Source: Acholeplasma laidlawii PG-8A (GTDB taxonomy: Bacteria; Bacillota_I; Bacilli_A; Acholeplasmatales; Acholeplasmataceae). From it: DNA of 32,000 nucleotides. Positions 29,089-32,000 of this stretch are shown piece after piece. The translations under genes were made by a program, and so were the position numbers. Below the pieces are notes generated by a model. The model was not told where the DNA came from, did not search any database, and saw only the letters and a program-made list of their open reading frames with translations. The stretch lies in NCBI RefSeq assembly GCF_000018785.1, contig NC_010163.1, forward strand, positions 750,001 through 782,000, written 5' to 3'. The first letter of the stretch is position 1; each line of letters opens with the position of its first letter.

Positions 29089-29463
29089 TTAACGCTTTCG
29101 TATATAAATCACATATAACATAAATAGTATAAATAAATAGATGGGTAGGATGATGATATATACCCAATAATTATATATATCACCAATTAAAAGTGTAATG
29201 CTTAAAGCTAGAGACCATTGAAACAATGTAAAGTATAAGAATATGTACTTGATTTGCCTCCAAAAGAAGAAAAACCAGAGTAATACTAAACTAGAAACAG
29301 GTATAGCATATATAAGCACATGCCAAGCAGGATAATCAACTTTTAAAATAGATAATATACCAAAAGTAGTACCTGCAATTAACCATGCTATGGATGCATA
29401 AAAGTAGGCTAAAAGATAACGATGTTTAAATAAAGAAAATCGTTGTTTTCTTTTGGATATCAA
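29089..29463 (-). CDS. Multi-TM fragment, probably the C-terminal part of the adjacent HTH_XRE gene
   Basis: The start given is TTG; the reading frame continues upstream as ...LGISVDQLISKRKQRFSLFKHRYLLAYFYASIAW. No RBS-supported ATG of its own. Confidence 0.6.
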   Translation of the reverse strand: MISKRKQRFSLFKHRYLLAYFYASIAWLIAGTTFGILSILKVDYPAWHVLIYAIPVSSLVLLWFFFFWRQIKYIFLYFTLFQWSLALSITLLIGDIYNYWVYIIILPIYLFILFMLYVIYIRKR

Positions 29464-29468
29464 CTGAT

Positions 29469-29672
29469 CTACACTAATTCCAAGAACACAGATAATTCTT
29501 TTATCACAAAGATATCAGGAACCCCTTCTCCTCTTTCCCATTTAGATATCGATTTATCTGAGTAGTTTAGTTTATCCGCTAACTCTAGCTGTGTAAGTGC
29601 CATTTTTTTTCTATAATATACAATGTTATCAGCTAAATATTTAGTTATTAAGTCTTTATTATTATTTTCCAT
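29469..29672 (-). CDS. HTH_XRE (Cro/CI-type) DNA-binding domain, truncated
   Basis: 67 aa: IVYYRKKMALTQLELADKLNYSDKSISKWERGEGVPDIFVIKELSVF; stops abruptly where homologues continue. Confidence 0.9.
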   Translation of the reverse strand: MENNNKDLITKYLADNIVYYRKKMALTQLELADKLNYSDKSISKWERGEGVPDIFVIKELSVFLELV

Positions 29673-29754
29673 GTCTATATTGTATCATAAAGTATCATTC
29701 TACTCCCAGTAGAATCTTGAAAATTAACTCTATTGTGTGAAAATAATTAGTAGG

Positions 29755-29783
29755 TTTACCTATTAGCGAAGCGGATTTATAAT
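29755..29783 (+). promoter_or_regulatory. Candidate promoter for the DegV gene (TTTACC-N17-TATAAT)
   Basis: Perfect -10 TATAAT at 29778-29783, weak -35; RBS AAAGGAG upstream of ATG 29823. Confidence 0.55.
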
Positions 29784-29822
29784 AAATAGTAGTAAATAGA
29801 CACTATAAAGGAGTAATTTGAC

Positions 29823-30662
29823 ATGATAAAAATAATTGTAGATTCAACCTGCGACTTAAGTGAAGCTTTTATCGAAAAATATCAAATTGATATCGTACCA
29901 CTTCAAGTCATCATCAATGACAAAAACTATAAAGATAAGTTTGAAGTAGATATCAATCAACTATACGAGCACATTAGACAAAAAGATGACATCAAAACTT
30001 CATTACCAAGTTATGACGATATCTTCCCAATCTTTGAAAAATACGCAAAAGCAAATCAACCATTTATATTCTTCTCATTTTCTAAAGCACTGTCTGGTAC
30101 ATTTAACTTTGCAAATTTATTAATCAAAGATCTAAAAGATACCTACAACACACAAATGAGCGTTGTAGACTTTAAAAATGGTGGTCTTGCAAGTGCAGTA
30201 ATGATGGAAGAAATTGTAGCTTTCATGGAAACTAATAATAACATTGATGATGTAGTTAAGTTTAGTGAGCATTTAGTCAATCGCATGCATCACGCAGTGA
30301 TGCTTGAAGACTTATCTCAATTAAGAAAAGGTGGCAGAATCTCTGCTGTCAAATCCATCATATCAAGCGCATTATCAATTAAACCTATCTTAGAACTTGT
30401 TGATGGACATATTGCATCCTATAAAAACGCAATCGGTTCTAAACGTGCACTAAATGATCTCATGCATTATGTAACTTCAAAAGCACCAGACAAAGAAACT
30501 AAAATCGGTGTACTTTATTCAGCAAATGAGGATTTATTAAATCAGATGCTAACAAGACTTGATAAGCATGGTTATAAAAACATTGTTGTTGGTAGAATCG
30601 CAAGTGTAATGACAGCACATATTGGCTTAGACGCTGTATCAGTTTGTTTCTTAAGTAATTAA
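29823..30662 (+). CDS. DegV family protein (fatty-acid binding)
   Basis: 279 aa; MIKIIVDSTCDLSEAFIEKYQIDIVPLQV, FFSFSKALSGTFNFA, MLEDLSQLRKGGRISAVKSII. Confidence 0.95.
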   Translation: MIKIIVDSTCDLSEAFIEKYQIDIVPLQVIINDKNYKDKFEVDINQLYEHIRQKDDIKTSLPSYDDIFPIFEKYAKANQPFIFFSFSKALSGTFNFANLLIKDLKDTYNTQMSVVDFKNGGLASAVMMEEIVAFMETNNNIDDVVKFSEHLVNRMHHAVMLEDLSQLRKGGRISAVKSIISSALSIKPILELVDGHIASYKNAIGSKRALNDLMHYVTSKAPDKETKIGVLYSANEDLLNQMLTRLDKHGYKNIVVGRIASVMTAHIGLDAVSVCFLSN

Positions 30663-30665
30663 TTT

Positions 30666-30709
30666 AAAACACTTCAAACCTAAATCAATGTTTGAAGTGT
30701 TTTTTTTTT
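30666..30709 (+). terminator. Rho-independent terminator of the DegV gene
   Basis: AAAACACTTCAAAC / GTTTGAAGTGTTTT perfect 14-bp stem, followed by T-run. Confidence 0.93.
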
Positions 30710-30815
30710 ATTCATATTATATGTTTTTTAATTGAATTCTCCCATAGAATATTAGAATTAATGTATAATATGTATATATTAAGTATTTTTGCACGAAATT
30801 AGAGGGTAAGTACAT

Positions 30816-32000
30816 ATGACACATACAAATGATTCTGATTATATGAGTCTTCATCAACCTTTAGATAGTTATAAAGCTATTTATAAGGATTTACACAACA
30901 AACATGTTAACGATAAGTTAGATAGTTTGGTCTTAGAATCAAAAATTGATATCCAAGCAAACAAATCGACTGTTAAAGACATAAGACTCAATGAAAAAAA
31001 TAGAGATAATTTAGCAAAAACAATCCGCAATAATCGAAGTTTACGTTCTTTTTTAATTTTCTTAATTGTTGTTTTAGTAGGTGTAATTATTTATGCTATC
31101 TATCAGCTGACATTAGCACCGAACACTTTAAGTTATATACTTATACCAACTTCTATTCTGTTATCCATACTATTTATATTTTTGATATCTAAAAAGATTA
31201 ATCCTAAAATTAGAATACTTGTTAAAGATAAAGAAGCTATCATTAAAAAACTAGAAGGACTCTTTAAGGAAGCTTGGACACAAATGCAACCATTAAATGA
31301 CTTATTTTATGAGGGTATGAGTCAAGAATTATTCCAAAAGACAGTACCGTTAATTAAGATGGATCAAATGTTTGATTCTAAGCGTTTAGATTATTTAGTC
31401 AATAAATTCGGCCTTGATGATCTTAATGTTTTAGATAGGTCAACACTTTATGTTCAATCTGGTGAAATTAAGGGTAATCCATTTTATATCGCAGAAGATT
31501 TAGTACATAAAATGGGTACTAAGACGTATTCTGGTTCAATTACAATCACTTATACTTCTACTTCTAGAGTGAATGGTCGTACCGTAACAACCACCCATAC
31601 TCAAGTACTTACTGCATCAGTTAATAAACCTTACCCATTATATACAGAACAATCTTATCTCGTTTATGGAAACGAAGCTGCTCCAGATTTAATGTTTTCT
31701 AGAATAGACTCAGATGCGGAGCATATGAGTGAAAAGCAAATAGATAAACATGTTAATAAGACCATTAAGAAGTTAGAAAAGAAATCTAGAAAAAGCGTTA
31801 ATCAAGGAACCAATTATACGGTATTTGGTAACTCAGAGTTTGAAGTCTTATTTGGTGCAACCAATAGAAATCATGAAGTGCAGTTTAGGTTATTATTTAC
31901 ACCACTTGCACAAACAGAACTCCTAAAACTTATGAAAGAAACAACACTAGGGTTTGGTGATGATTTCGACTTTATCAAACATAAAAAGATAAATATTATC
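30816..32000 (+). CDS. Truncated membrane protein of unknown function (N-terminal coiled segment, two TM helices, soluble domain)
   Basis: Open frame from ATG 30816 (MTHTNDSDYMSLHQPLDSYKAIYKDLHNKHV...) to the window edge; RBS-like AGAGGG upstream; TM segments SFLIFLIVVLVGVIIYAIY and YILIPTSILLSILFIFLIS. Only weak similarity to DUF3137-type proteins, by eye. Confidence 0.7.
   Translation, partial: MTHTNDSDYMSLHQPLDSYKAIYKDLHNKHVNDKLDSLVLESKIDIQANKSTVKDIRLNEKNRDNLAKTIRNNRSLRSFLIFLIVVLVGVIIYAIYQLTLAPNTLSYILIPTSILLSILFIFLISKKINPKIRILVKDKEAIIKKLEGLFKEAWTQMQPLNDLFYEGMSQELFQKTVPLIKMDQMFDSKRLDYLVNKFGLDDLNVLDRSTLYVQSGEIKGNPFYIAEDLVHKMGTKTYSGSITITYTSTSRVNGRTVTTTHTQVLTASVNKPYPLYTEQSYLVYGNEAAPDLMFSRIDSDAEHMSEKQIDKHVNKTIKKLEKKSRKSVNQGTNYTVFGNSEFEVLFGATNRNHEVQFRLLFTPLAQTELLKLMKETTLGFGDDFDFIKHKKINII

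Noticed and set aside
1-32000. CRISPR arrays, tRNA/rRNA genes, transposons, phage or defence systems
   Set aside because: Looked for regularly spaced repeats, transposase/integrase motifs and structural RNA sequence; none seen. The locus reads as a metabolic operon with ordinary flanks.

Overview
AT-rich, low-GC Gram-positive/mollicute-type DNA. Lipoprotein signals, UGG for Trp and the gene content look most like an Acholeplasma relative (inference). About 26 kb of the window is one minus-strand beta-glucan (laminarin-type) utilisation locus made of two tightly packed transcription units. Unit A (about 26.1 -> 17.9 kb): cytoplasmic GH3 glucosidase, GH94 laminaribiose/cellobiose-phosphorylase-like enzyme, small cupin, signal-less GH16 glucanase, lipoprotein GH30. 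Unit B (17.77 kb -> left edge and beyond): lipoprotein solute-binding protein (SBP), a 996-aa SBP with N-terminal beta-sandwich domains, MalF/MalG-type permeases, a signal peptide/NHL/TPR/multi-TM (Yip1-like) protein, a DUF5696-like membrane-anchored protein, a second MalF/MalG permease pair, lipoprotein GH16, a very large GH94-clan phosphorylase-like protein (GH161/GH149-like), and a truncated lipoprotein GH3. No transporter ATPase and no regulator gene lie in the window. Both units start with good sigma-A-type promoters overlapped by cre/LacI-family-like palindromes. The right flank has a DsbA/FrnE-like protein, a small membrane protein, oligoendopeptidase F, an HTH_XRE + TM gene that appears split by a -1 frameshift, DegV, and a truncated membrane protein. 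The best candidate for a poorly described system is the 'CBM-like SBP + MalFG + NHL/TPR/Yip1 + DUF5696' module embedded in the glucan operon.
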